Positions 51,540 through 64,000 of a DNA stretch of 64,000 nt are shown here, piece by piece. Each line of letters begins with the position of its first letter. Positions within the stretch are counted from its first letter, which is position 1. This stretch comes from Octopus vulgaris (lineage: Eukaryota): contig OX597818.1 in the NCBI GenBank assembly GCA_951406725.2, positions 110,608,001-110,672,000 on the forward strand. Reading direction: 5' to 3'. The notes under the pieces were generated by a model. The model was not told the DNA's origin, searched no databases, and saw only the letters and a list, made by a program, of their open reading frames with translations. The translations under genes were made by a program, and so were the position numbers.

Positions 51540-52460
51540 TTTTGGATTAGTTGGATTAGCAGTTACTATAGAATCAGATTTAACAGTAGTCAACTACTTC
51601 GGCGAAACTCGGAATCTCTCACCTGTCTGTACAAACCCTACTCTAAACACAAGGAATCTCTCAACTACGTCTATACCCTAGGAATATAATTACTGATCTA
51701 TCTAGGAACTCGTTTCCCTTAGACTTTCTAAACCATCAGTTAACGAAGAAATCTTTAGATAATCTACTGACAATTATAACCAGGCACTACATAGGAAAGG
51801 TTACACTGCATACTACACAAGAACCGATGAAAGCCGTAAACGAAACCATGACCTGCTTTACCACTTCAATCTAGCGACAACCTGAGCTAGAATATGTAGT
51901 TTACTACTAAAAAAACATTTCTCTCACACTATAAGTATATAAAGCTGTTAATAAGATCACTGTCAAAATCTCATATTCCAGTACACCAAAGTTCACTTGC
52001 GTTATGGCCGCTTCCAAATTTATACACGCCTACCCTTCCATTACTATTTCCAACCCCGTTCTACTTCTACTCAGCTGACCACTGCTCCCTAAATTCTAAA
52101 TGTTTCTGTAAGGATATCCTTTGCCAATGTAATGTGAGTACCTGTTACATTACTAAAGCGTATTTGAGCTTCACTGTTGATACCTTTGAGTCCTGGATCT
52201 GCCAGCGGAGTCGCCCCTTCCGCACTTACTAAATGCTACCTCACGATCGAAGTACATCTGGAATCTTAAGATCACTAAAGTTTACTGTAGATTAAGCTGG
52301 AAAATAATAGATAGCGTCGGAAACTACTTTCTCTTCACTAAGAAGAGTCACCTGCTAAATAAGCTTTCCGACAATCGATACTTCCCAACTATGTCCTACC
52401 TAAAAAGACATTTAATACTAAAAATAGTGGTCCGATCGTACCTCGAACCGCCATCACGCT
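51540..52460 (+). pseudogene. Penelope-like element RT-thumb/GIY-YIG remnant
   Basis: LTVVNYF, LYKPYSK..LNYV, YNQALHRKGY, ISYSSTP, SKYIWNLK and LSWKII appear in canonical PLE order. Confidence 0.7.
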
Positions 52461-53355
52461 CAGGTTACGCTTCTCTCTCACACACGCGTCCACCGTTACA
52501 ACGAGAAATACATTCATTCCCCCATACACATCTATGCCCCCATACATACGTGCACACACACACACATTCACTAGCATTTAATACACACGTGTATACTTAA
52601 GAGAATCACAAAGCTGATGTTGCTCTCTCCTGTACAGTGTGGGAAAGTTACCGTGAAGGCGGGTTCATCAATTCATTTCAGTGCCTTAACACAAACGTTT
52701 CACCTTTATTATCAGTCCTGTTACCCGTAGGAAAGTTATGTCATGTAATCCAGTTAATCTTCCACATAAACATGAGTCCTTGTGGATAACCAAAACAAAA
52801 CATCAGTAGTTTAATTTAAAGTCACACGCCGTGGAGTAAACCGATGCCTTCTCAGACGGGCGGTATTTTTCAATACGGTTATGAACACTTGTCACAGCCA
52901 TTTAATTCCAAGCACAGCACTAGCACTACCACGAAAGGCATGAATGTCACAGTCTCTTTATTAGCCCCTACAATTTGGAATTCGTTCGTCTCTGTCAAAA
53001 ATCAATTTTGAGTGACTTTGACATTTTCCAAGAGAACATTTCGTGTAATAATGTGTTTGGCCATTGTTTTGTGTTCAAGCGAAGGGCAACGACATCGCTC
53101 GTATAATCACGTCGTGAATCAGTCAGCCTGCAACAAATGTTTTTTTTTGCTTTAACTCTGCTAACTGGTTTTGTTGTTTGTTCACAAAATCGATTAAAAT
53201 TGATTTTACTTCGATTAGGTTACAACCATTCCATTCGATTCTTTAGCAACATTATATAATTATCGAAGCGTCTGTTCTCTAAAATGAGAATTACGAAAAT
53301 CAAATATGTTGTCTCTTTGATCGACGGAAGTAGCAGTAAAAGGAGAAGAGAGGTT

Positions 53356-53462
53356 GAGAAGAAGAAGAAGAAGAAGAAGAAGAAGAAGAAGAAGAAGAAG
53401 AAGAAGAAGAAGAAGAAGAAGAAGAAGAAGAAGAAGAAGAAGAAGAAGAAGAAGAAGAAGAA
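53356..53462. repeat. (AAG)n microsatellite
   Basis: Pure run. Confidence 0.95.
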
Positions 53463-53912
53463 ATGATATTGCATTGTAAGACATTTAATAGTGGGGGTTT
53501 TTTTCTCTAACAGATCAATAACAACATTTTACATAATCCTCACCTAACAGTTGCTAGAAAGGGAACGAGTGAAAGACTGCAAGGAGGGAAGTGATGAGAA
53601 AGGGAAAGAAGCGATGGGTGAAAATGCGTAGGATGTGGAATTGGAAGACTGAAGAAGGAAGACAAGGGAAATTCTGAGACTTAGTTTACAATCAAGATAG
53701 CAGTGCTGATAGGTCGGATATAGCGTTTATATAAATAAACGTACCATGACATAACAATGTCATGTGATTTAATAATGATACGCATATTTAATTAGATTAC
53801 ATCTTCTTGCTTAGAAAACTATAAATATTCACGAGATCTTTAGGTGGACGAGACTGAAATGTAACCTTTAGTCCATAACGACACGATTTCTGTAAGTTGG
53901 AAAGCAAAGCAT

Positions 53913-53976
<64 letters not shown>

Positions 53977-54081
53977 CGTGCGTGTGTGTGTGTGTGTGTG
54001 TTGAAAAATAAAACGAAGGGAATGCTAAGAGAACTATTTCATTGAGAAAAATAAAAGACAGCATTTACATTTTTAAATGAA

Positions 54082-54123
54082 CAGCTACCGGTTTCGATCG
54101 CTTAAGACGATATAGTCATGCTG
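54082..54123 (-). ncRNA. Degenerate hammerhead remnant
   Basis: cagc-ATGACTA-tatcg..cgatc-GAAA-ccgg-TA-gctg; helices I-III retained, core has 2 changes. Confidence 0.5.
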
Positions 54124-54349
54124 AAATAAAATGAAAAATTGTAATTCGTTTCTTCCTGATTTTTGCTGGTCAGCCGCGGATTGCAGTTATGGCCAGATAA
54201 TGAATGTGGATACAAGTAGAGCTGTCAGTGAACCAATGCAGAAACAATGAAGCAGCGCACTTTATTCCATGCAACATTTAATAAAGTCCCATTGTGTTCT
54301 GAGATAAAATTTCATTTGCATTTAACGTAATCTATAAAAGAAGCACGTA

Positions 54350-54690
54350 CTCTGCCAAGTCCTCATAACTTGGAAACCGGACGAAATTATCCTGATTATA
54401 ACTTCCCACCACAAATCTGCTGCAGCAGCAACACACAGTTTAACCACTCCAAATTTTATAATGGTTTATCCTCGACATCTATAATCCACTAAGAGCCAAT
54501 TGTGTAAATAAATGCGAATTCAAACTGCAACACTGAAGGACCACAAACGGCTTACACAAAATCCACCACACACTTTTCTTTTGACCATAAACTTTAGCGG
54601 AGCTTTCGACTCTTTTCTTCATTATCCACTTATACACAAGACACACAGCATTGTGTGTCAGAATGTGAATAAGTATGGCCAGTCCTTAAC
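54350..54690 (+). pseudogene. LINE RT remnant
   Basis: PPHTFLLTINFSGAFDSFLH resembles the RT D.SKAFD.V.H motif. Confidence 0.45.
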
Positions 54691-55205
54691 TTAGACGGAG
54701 GTACGGCATAGCTGGAGCAGTGAATTTGACTTCTTAGGTGATGCGCATGTTTTGGTCATGGGTGACCTGGAGCCATATAACAACAACCAACAGCAACAGC
54801 AGCAGCAGCAGAGATAGTAGGGGCAGCAGAGGTAGCGGTAGCAGCAGCGGCTCCCACCACGACCACCACCATCACTACCATTATCATCATCACCACGACC
54901 ACCACACTGAAGTAACTGTTGTATTAAGAGACTATTGAGTATCATAAATATTTAGGTGAGAGGTGTATAGCAGAAATGAACATCCAGCAAACCTAGCGGC
55001 ATTTAATTAAACTTCTTATAACCATTTTTGGTTTCTAATAACAGACTTCTCGAATATCATGAAGTTTGGTTCTCAGTCACAGGATTTCGGATTTAGTCTT
55101 ACTGCGTGGCACCTTGAGCAAGTGTCTTCTGCTATAGCCTTGGGCAGATGATAGTCTGGTGATTGGATTTAGCAGGCCGAAACTCAAAGGAGCCCGTCGT
55201 ATGTA

Positions 55206-55244
<39 letters not shown>

Positions 55245-55368
55245 TTTGGATGTGGTAGATAAGTTCAGCAAAAATTTAGGCTCAGATGAATATGGTACTT
55301 AAGTTGAGGCACCAGAATTTAGTACGGTATTATCCATACAATTTCAAAATGAGGTGATTAAAATCAAA

Positions 55369-56005
55369 ATAAGCAACAAGGATATCCAGAGGTAATGCAG
55401 TACAATCGTTTCATGCAACTCCATTTAATTGAACAATGTAATCATTACATCAATTTAAAATGCAGATCAATCCTCAGCTGCACAAAGACATTAAATTAAA
55501 ACAGATGGACACATTAGTATAATTATACCTAAAAATCTCCAAGAAGTTAAGGAGATAGACAAAGAACTTGCTGCCTTCACTCCAGCATAGAAGTTACTAA
55601 GGTATCAAGAAGATATACATTGTTACAGACTCTGCTTGTCACTGATTTTTTTTTATGGGGTCAGTTTTTAATTTATAGACTAGTTTATCAAATCCTTGTA
55701 TATCTTAGGCTGAGAGAACAAAAGGGGCAGTATCTGTTAGGAGTAGGGCTGAGAGAGCAGACAGAAATCATGGTTGGTATAGTCATAAAAATCAAGATTT
55801 ATTAGAAGCAATATCATGAGTTTTCGTTAAGGAAAACTTAAAACAAGATGTTAGCTGACAATTAAGGTGGTCTCCCACTAGCAGACCATTGGAATTGAAA
55901 CAGTAAATCCTATCATGTAGTACTATAGTTAAAATATTTGCATTGTTCAATTAAATGGAGTTGCATGAAACGATCATACTGCATTACCTCTGGATATCCT
56001 TGTTG

Positions 56006-56010
<5 letters not shown>
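55369..56010. mobile_element. Element with 70-bp inverted ends; left end holds a hammerhead (55396-55482, -)
   Basis: 55369-55438 is the reverse complement of 55941-56010; tgcag-CTGAGGA-[hairpin]-GAAA-cgattg-TA-ctgca. Confidence 0.7.
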
Positions 56011-56044
<34 letters not shown>

Positions 56045-56115
56045 TCAAAATGTAGCCACATGTGAATCGTTGGCGATTTTCTTCCTCCGTCTTCCCTTCT
56101 ATTGGACTTTCCTCT

Positions 56116-56152
56116 GTTTCCGAAGAAGAGCGTTCTGTTCGAAACGTTAAAC
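56116..56152 (+). ncRNA. Hammerhead variant, same family as 40828
   Basis: gttt-CCGAAGA-a-gagc..gttc-GAAA-cg-TT-aaac; U4C change in core. Confidence 0.65.
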
Positions 56153-56454
56153 CATCTTTCTTTTCTTTCCTGAGAGTCTGCTAATACATTACATTACCAC
56201 GTCCTCGTGTTTTTTCTTTTGTGTGTGTGTGTGAGTTTGTTCTTTTGGGGATTTACTATATATATATAGCTGTTATTTACGTCCACGTAAATTAGCGGCT
56301 CGGCAAAAAGAAGTCAATAGAATGAGTAATATTTTTTAGATAAGTACCGGGGTCGATTTCTTCGACTAAACCTTTCAAGGCAGTTTTCCAGCATGGCCAC
56401 AATCTAATGACTGAAACAAGTAAAAGGTAGTTGTTGTTCAGTCCTCGTCAGCGA

Positions 56455-56995
<541 letters not shown>

Positions 56996-57821
56996 CGAAA
57001 TGGGGTAGTAAAGCGAACAGTAGCAAGAGCAGAAAAACTTGGTATCAGCTTAGTTTTGCTTTATTAATCACCGGCGGTTTGCTTCGAACGGCAAATGTCT
57101 CTGAAGAGAAACATTAGGCTATCAACGACCATGATTTATAAAGGAGTAATTTGAAACCGTTTAATTTAGAAAACTGAAATAATATTATGTGGAAGAAGCC
57201 CGGCGAATACTCACAGCCAACACCAGCGCTAACGTCTGCGTCAACGAAATAGCAACTACGGCGACAACATGAGCAACAGCAACAAAGCAACAGTAACTCG
57301 TAGATCTGTTCGACCGGAGCTGACCGGATCTACATGGCAACAGCAACAAGAACAACTCCAAGAAAAGCAGCAGCGATATCGAATGGTGTCCGGTTTCGTT
57401 CGTTAAGAAATTGGGTGTAACTGTATCTTGAAATGATGATGTTAAACGTGATGAGGTAATTAGAAATTTTCTTCGATTGCGTGGTAACATATAACAAATA
57501 ATAATAATTTATTATTTAGAAAGAAGTATTGAGGTTTCATACCATAAACAACGGATGTAAAGAAAAAAATAACAAAACAATACAATGTGAAAAAAATTAT
57601 AAAACAGGAGCAAATGTGGTTTGAGGCTTTAAAGAAACAGGAAGGATGAAGAGTTCTGCAGCTCGGACAGTTGTCCATCGACCAAGAAAGAAACAAATTG
57701 TTTTCGAAGGAAAAGAAACGAAATAAATCTTTTAAGTAGAACCTCATGCCATGAACGATTTCTTAAAGAACTGCAGTCCGAGCCATCGAATTGTTTCTTA
57801 CTTTCTAATTATCACATCCGT

Positions 57822-58243
57822 TTTACTCTTTTACTCTTTTACTTGTTTCGGTAATTTGACTGTGGCCATGCTAGAGCACAGCCTGTAGTCGAGCATATCG
57901 GCATCAGGACTTATTCTTTGTAAGCCTAGTACTTATTTTACCGAACTGCTAAGATACGGGGACTTAAACACGCCAACATCCGTTGTGAAGCGATGTTGGG
58001 GTGACAAACACAGACACACAAACATATATACACACATACACACACATATATATATATATACACACATATATAAATATATACGACGGGCTTATTTCGGTTT
58101 CCGTCTGCCAAATCCACTCACAAGGCTTTGGTCGGCCCGAGGCTATAGTAGAAGACACTTGCCCAAGCTTCCACGCAGTGGGACTGAACCCGGAACCATA
58201 TGGTTGGGAAGCAAGCTACTTACCACACAGCCACTCCTACGCC
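57822..58243 (-). mobile_element. SINE family A, full length
   Basis: Reverse complement of the 48954 copy, with TTTTACTC-repeat tail. Confidence 0.88.
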
Positions 58244-58432
58244 TAGTTTTCATTGTTTCTTACCATGATATAACAGAATTTTGTTTCATCTCACTGGCAA
58301 GAATGTCAACGAAGTATACATACATACATACATACATGCATGCATGCATGCATACATACATACGTACGTACATACATTCTTACATGCATACATGCATACA
58401 TACATACATACATACATACATACATACATACA

Positions 58433-58466
<34 letters not shown>

Positions 58467-58699
58467 CATACATACATACATACATACATTTTTAGATACA
58501 TGCATACATACATATAAACAAAAATACCCTGTTGTTGATGTTAAAATTCCAATGAAGGTGCCATGGATGTAGGTTAGAAACCGACTCTTTCTCTATTGGC
58601 AAGAAATCTTGAAATAAACTGAATAACATACATACATACATACATACATACATACATACATACATACATACATACATACATACATACATACATACATTC

Positions 58700-59305
58700 A
58701 ACGTAGCATCAGATGAAAGGATGAGCGTGTATCAGCAGAAGACCATGCGTGGATATTTTGGCAGAAAGCTCCGGGATGATAGAAACATTCATAATCAAAT
58801 CAGTCTACCATGGACCAACAACCGGATTACTAACATCCTCTCCATGTGGCCAAACCACCTCAAAATTCGTCTATCCATTTTGGTTGTTATTTTTCTCTCA
58901 TTCCTGCTCGCCTTCGCACCTTCTCATTCCTCATTCTTTCAACCCGTGTCACACCAACCATAGCCCTCAAACATCCCATCTCAAACACATTTAGTCGCCT
59001 CCTTTCCACATCTCTTAGAATCCACGGCTCTGCGGCATATAACATTGTCGGCACAATCACGCCCTCATACACACCTCTTTTCACCTTCATACTCACCACA
59101 CCATCCATATGTAAATTAAACAGCCAGGGAGACATCACACAACCCTGTCTTAATCCCACCTTCACATCAAACCACTCGCTTACTTTACCACCCACACTAA
59201 CGCACGCCCTACTTTCTCTATAAAAAACTCTGAACAGCTCTCAACAATCTTCCATCTACTCCATACAACCGCCGCAGCACCTGCCACATTGCATCCCTAT
59301 CCACT
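58700..59305 (-). pseudogene. RTE-clade LINE RT fragment with internal deletion
   Basis: VGLRQGCVMSPWLFNLHMDGV joined to VIVPTMLYAAEPW..FEMGCLR..LRWFGHMERM. Confidence 0.88.
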
Positions 59306-59899
59306 CGGGATAGGACGCAGTTTATAGTCCTGAAATATGACTATAAGCTACATCCAGTAGTGGGACCCTGGGGCCCTGGTTTCAGGGTTTGAAGCGTGTG
59401 GAACCACCTCTTAACCACTATTGTTCCCATGTCTACTCTGGCCCGGAGTGGTAGCACCTGTAAGGGTCCCAGCTATGGGTTAACTAGCATAACCCCACTG
59501 CGACTACAATCGCCGTAGTCCCAGCGTGGCGATTGGGAATCATTTCCTCCTAGTAAATCCATATTCCTAAAAAGACGACAAGAAAAGACAAGGGTGGGAG
59601 AAGATTTAAATCAAACTTTATTAAATACAATGTAACTATGTATTATTGTGTGTTTTTAGTTCCCATTTCAGAAAGCAACTCTACCATTAATTTTACTAAA
59701 TGTAAACCGTTTCTATAGAATTTTCTTATTGCGTTCAAGTAATTTCGTAATACAGCTCTGAAAATTTCTAAACCTATTTAATCTGACGATTATACCGATC
59801 ATGAGTAAACCTCAGATATTAATGTACAAATGAGTGACACATGAAATTAATCCCTAAAAGGAAAAACTAAATATTGTCAGACAAGTATTTAGCCTGATA

Positions 59900-60120
59900 C
59901 AGTAATCCCTCGAATATCGCGGGGTTTACGTTCCAAAAACCCTTCGCGATAAGTGAAAATCCGCTAAGTAAAAACAATACTGTACTGTATATGTTTTTTT
60001 ATTTTTATAATTTGTATATATTTATTTTATTTTAAATGCAAAACAACAGCACGGAGTAATCGACGTAAGCTTAAATCATAAACTGCGATAGGTGAACCGC
60101 GATATGGCAAGGAATTGCTG
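59900..60120. mobile_element. Tigger/pogo-like MITE (221 bp)
   Basis: TIRs CAGTAATCCCTCGAATATCGCGG / CCGCGATATGGCAAGGAATTGCTG, TA on both sides. Confidence 0.8.
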
Positions 60121-60509
60121 TACTCCCTCAAGACACACACAGAAAAGTAGACTCGACGTGAGCAGTCTTATATTTAGCATGAGAAACTACTAATTGAATA
60201 TACGGTGGTTATTGATTCGGTATCAATACCCATAACTATCATCTTTGTTAAGTAACTGGTTGGTCTTCTAATCGCAATCATTGAAGAAATCTTTGAAAAA
60301 ATCGTAATGGCCGTCGTCTCAAACTTAAATTTAACCTGTTAAGAATTCACTACAAAGGTGGTGGCTGGACATAGCAAAAACATAACTGGAGATGAATGGA
60401 AGGAAGATATCTATGAAGAATACAAAATGTTTTTAGTTGTGGTTATATAGAAAATATATTTTTCTTGGAACCATGAACTCTAAAGTGACCTATTTAACTG
60501 TTTTATAGC

Positions 60510-60725
60510 CTTTTCTACTAGAAGCACAAGGTCTAGTATTTTGGGGGATGGGGCAAGTCGATTATATCAACCCCAGTGTTTGGCTAATACTTATATTGCA
60601 TCAACCCCGAAAGGATGAAAGGCAAAGTCGACCTCGGCGGAGTTTGAACTCAGAACATAAAAACGGACGAAATGCCGCCAAACATTTTGTCCAACCTACC
60701 AATGATTCTGCGAACAGGCCGCCTT
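60510..60725 (-). mobile_element. SINE family B
   Basis: Core CCCCGAAAGGATGAAAGGCAAAGTCGACCTCGGCGG. Confidence 0.8.
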
Positions 60726-61152
60726 TTACTGATTTCTAATGGCCGAACAAGGTCCCTCTGCTGCCTAATCGAAAAAATGTAAACGTACTTGGTCGATTTC
60801 ACCTGCAACTCTGTTGCGTGACATTAAACAAGTTCACCAACGAACATTTGTTGAACGCCGGAGAAAAGTCGATTATTGCAATTTTAGAACAGAAGTTCAT
60901 TTCCCGGCGTTTGAAAGCTGCACAAATAAAACCACATAGACGTTGACACCATGTGACTCAACAAACCATATTCCTGCTGCCTCTGTGTTATCTGGCCGTC
61001 GGACTGGATGGTCACAACGAGGTATGAGCGAACAAAACAACAACAGTATCCATCATAAAAATATATTCCAATGTGAAAAAGCGAGAAATATAAAGAACTG
61101 GTATGTATTCTTGGAAAATGGTTATCTCTTTGCAGAAAAGATTAGACTAGAA

Positions 61153-61385
61153 GGCGGCGAGCTGGCAGAAGCGTTAGGACGCCGGGCGAAATACTTTGCA
61201 GTATTTCGTCCGCCGCTACGTTCTGAGTTCAAATTCCGCCGAGGTCGACTTTGCCTTTCATCCTTTCGGGGTCGATTAAATAAGTACCAGTTACGCACTG
61301 GGGTCGATATAATCGACTTAATCCCTTTGTCTGTCCTTGTTTGTCCCCTCTATGCTTAGCCCCTTGTAGGCAATAAAAAAATAAG
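61153..61385 (+). mobile_element. SINE family B, full length, L1-like tail type
   Basis: GGCGGCGAGCTGGCAGAA head, GAGTTCAAATTCC, tail TTGTCCCCTCTATGCTTAGCCCCTTG. Confidence 0.88.
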
Positions 61386-61449
61386 GAAAAGACCAGACGT
61401 GACTAAGACTAATACGAATCCAAACGAATTGATAGTAGCGAAATCGAAA

Positions 61450-62480
61450 GTGCATATTTACAACAGACCCTTCGTTTTCGTTAATACATATTTGTTTATA
61501 AACCCTCTCAACTACTGTAAATCAGAACTCTGAAGATATTGAAAAAGTAAACAAAAGCAAAACAAATAAAAGGTACCATGACGGATTAGGAACATTGGGG
61601 GAAATGGTTTATTTGCGAACAAATAGCTACACTCCACACTTGCAAAGAATTAATAAAACTGAAACAAGCCCTGGAGATAGTAAAAAGAGAACACTTGAAC
61701 ACAAATTAATTACCCTTAAATAGGAGTTAAAAACTGTCAGAGGAAATCTCCAACATCAGAAGAGAGCAGCTGAGGGAAGGATAATTAGCAAGAAATTAAT
61801 TTAATCGAAACCAATCAGTCGTTTAGAGATACGAGGGAGACAATCAATAAATTCACAAAAGCTCTTTCTCAGAAAGATATGGATTCTTTCTGGAGAAGAA
61901 TCTGGTGTTAGGAAAAGTAATTCAAACGGAAATCCTTGTGGCTAGAAGAAATCCGAAAGAAGTATTGTCCTTGTACCACAACACAAAAATACTGCCTCAA
62001 CGGTAAAACCCTTCAAACTGTAATACAGGATATCGGAGAAATAGTCAGGCTATTGATGTTGCCAGATGGTTTTCGAGTTCTCCCACGTTTTTCAATCATG
62101 CAGGAACATTGAATGTCGTAGCCAGCTCAAGGCTGTTCATACCACACGTTCGTGCCGTATTCTTTCAGCTGGTTCACAAGTACAATGTGCTAAGTTGCTG
62201 TTTCTGTCATTTTGTAGGTTAACCTATACCGTTCGATTTTCTCGGCAAAAGGGACAAGGTAACTGAAAACATAAACTGCATTGGAGAGAGAGTGTCACTC
62301 TGAAATGTACAAATGCGATCTGCGTCCTATGAATGACAATGTGTTGCAACTCAGAACACAGATGGGATGTCTATGGCCTGGACTATGGCGTCTCGAACAG
62401 CAGCATAGTCGAAGGAACGCAAGCACCCACGAATGGATCGAATATTTTCTCCTAATCCTTTCGGGTAAACAGAAAAGGAA
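61450..62480 (+). pseudogene. R4/Dong-like N-terminal/RT remnant
   Basis: DSFWRRIW..LWLEEIRKKYC and MSMAW..HEWI motifs, with many stops. Confidence 0.55.
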
Positions 62481-62921
62481 AAAAAACCTATGCTATGTTA
62501 ATAAAAAAAATCTTCAATTGCTCCAGCTAGACAATAGCTTTAGATTTCTACCGATGGTGAATGGATATGTATCTACTTCAGCGTGAAACTTAAGAATTGA
62601 GACTTCACAGACTAGAAAGGACGCGGTTAATTCGTAAATTTCAACTACAAACCGCGAAAGATTCTGGGAAAATAGGAAAAACGTTCCAGAAGATTAGCGT
62701 GTAATAAGAGCCAATACAAACACATACGCAAACAGCCATGCACACATAAGCAGATACGTACGGATCTACACATTGTATGACATCCATGCTTGCACACATG
62801 CATTCGTACATACATGCTCACATACATGCATATATACGAACCTACATGCACATACATGCATGCGCACACACACACACACGACTACCCCGTTGATGCTAAG
62901 TCCCAATGAACGTTCTTGTTT

Positions 62922-63070
62922 CATCATCATCATCATCGCCATGTAATGTCACGCTTTCCATGCTGACATAGCTTGGACGGTTTGATTGGGTTGCGGCAGT
63001 CTGCAACCGTCTGTGTTGGCAAGGTTTCTGCAGCTGGACGCCCTTCCTAATGCCGACCACTTTACAGAGA
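62922..63070 (-). mobile_element. Meta-domain-like SINE fragment with (GAT)n tail
   Basis: Minus strand GGCATTAGGAAGGGCGTCCAGCTGCAGAAA resembles the MetaSINE core. Confidence 0.5.
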
Positions 63071-63399
63071 TCTTTCTTCAGGAGTGAGAAATTCGAAATC
63101 TAAAACCCAAAAGAACGCAGTGACGCATCCAAACAGAAGGCAACACCAGAGACTCCTGGAGGAGAGGACCGAGTATTAGAATGGCGTCTATATGCGACTG
63201 ATATTTACTCTTATTGACTCCGTGTGCATAAAGAAACTAACCGTGTCTGGGATTTGAACTAAGAAGGTAATCAAACAAGACTAAACACTGCAAGGTAAGG
63301 TATTCAACTTGGTAAACCATTGATTCTGTTAGACGCGTGTGACTCTCAACTATTTCTTACCTCATGGTTACTATTTTCCTCCACTAAACCCTCTTAGCC

Positions 63400-63583
63400 A
63401 TTCGATATTCAACAAATCCTATTGTTTTGTTTTTGTAATTGAAAACTATTAGGAATTGTATAAAAAGAAATTCTTAAAATATTTTGTTTTAATGTAGAAA
63501 TATATCTGATTTATTGTCCATAAACTTTAACAATAAAATCTTATGTGGACCCTAAAGTTGAGAATCACTGGTTGAGAATCACT
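63400..63583. mobile_element. hAT-type MITE end with duplicated TIR
   Basis: GGACCCTAAA-GTTGAGAATCACTG-GTTGAGAATCACTG; related to 20188-20433. Confidence 0.55.
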
Positions 63584-64000
63584 GTTAGACGATTGCCCTA
63601 TCAATAATATTTTGTTCTCCCTGGGTCAATTTTGTTAGGGTTGTTTCTACAGAAATTATAGCCAGCACTGAGTTTTTGCTACAACGTTTCGTATCGAAAT
63701 GTAAACAAACAATGAGATCGAAGACAAAAATGAGTAATGAGCGTATATGCCATACATCGGGGAGATTTTTGCCCCTTCATCAGCTCCCATCTAATCCACT
63801 CTCGCCTCCGAACACATTGCTTATAGAGCCACCGCATATAGCAGTGTTTACATCTGACATCTCGATACGAAATATTGTAGTAAGAAATCAGTGCTGGCTT
63901 TTAATTTCTGTAGAAATAACCTTTAAAAAATATTGTAAAAAGCACTACTAACACAGTAGGACGTGGTGTTGACTTATAAAAACATTTAATATACTTTATG

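Noticed and set aside
57185-57760. Possible exon or mariner HTH remnant
   Set aside because: Only short interrupted frames and no motif strong enough to call.

Overview
AT-rich, repeat-saturated animal non-coding DNA. The tRNA-derived SINE families and dense microsatellites look like octopus/cephalopod genomic DNA (inference from remembered repeat sequences, not a search). No intact protein-coding gene is evident, and nearly all ORFs in the track are microsatellite translations. Recognisable content: three tRNA-headed SINE families, a full-length dead Tc1-type transposon with DD36E spacing, hAT/piggyBac/Tigger-like MITEs, a non-autonomous Helitron, and remnants of L1/Tx1, CR1, RTE, R4/Dong and Penelope-like (PLE) retroelements. 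The strongest hidden signal is a set of type-I hammerhead ribozyme motifs (four with intact cores, about five degenerate), several sitting in head-to-head inverted structures. These include a tRNA-head + (AAT)n + hammerhead-tail element (24585-25202), a candidate Penelope-mobilised ribozyme SINE, and a hammerhead next to a perfect 162-bp palindrome (42357-42629). Boundaries of decayed repeats are approximate.
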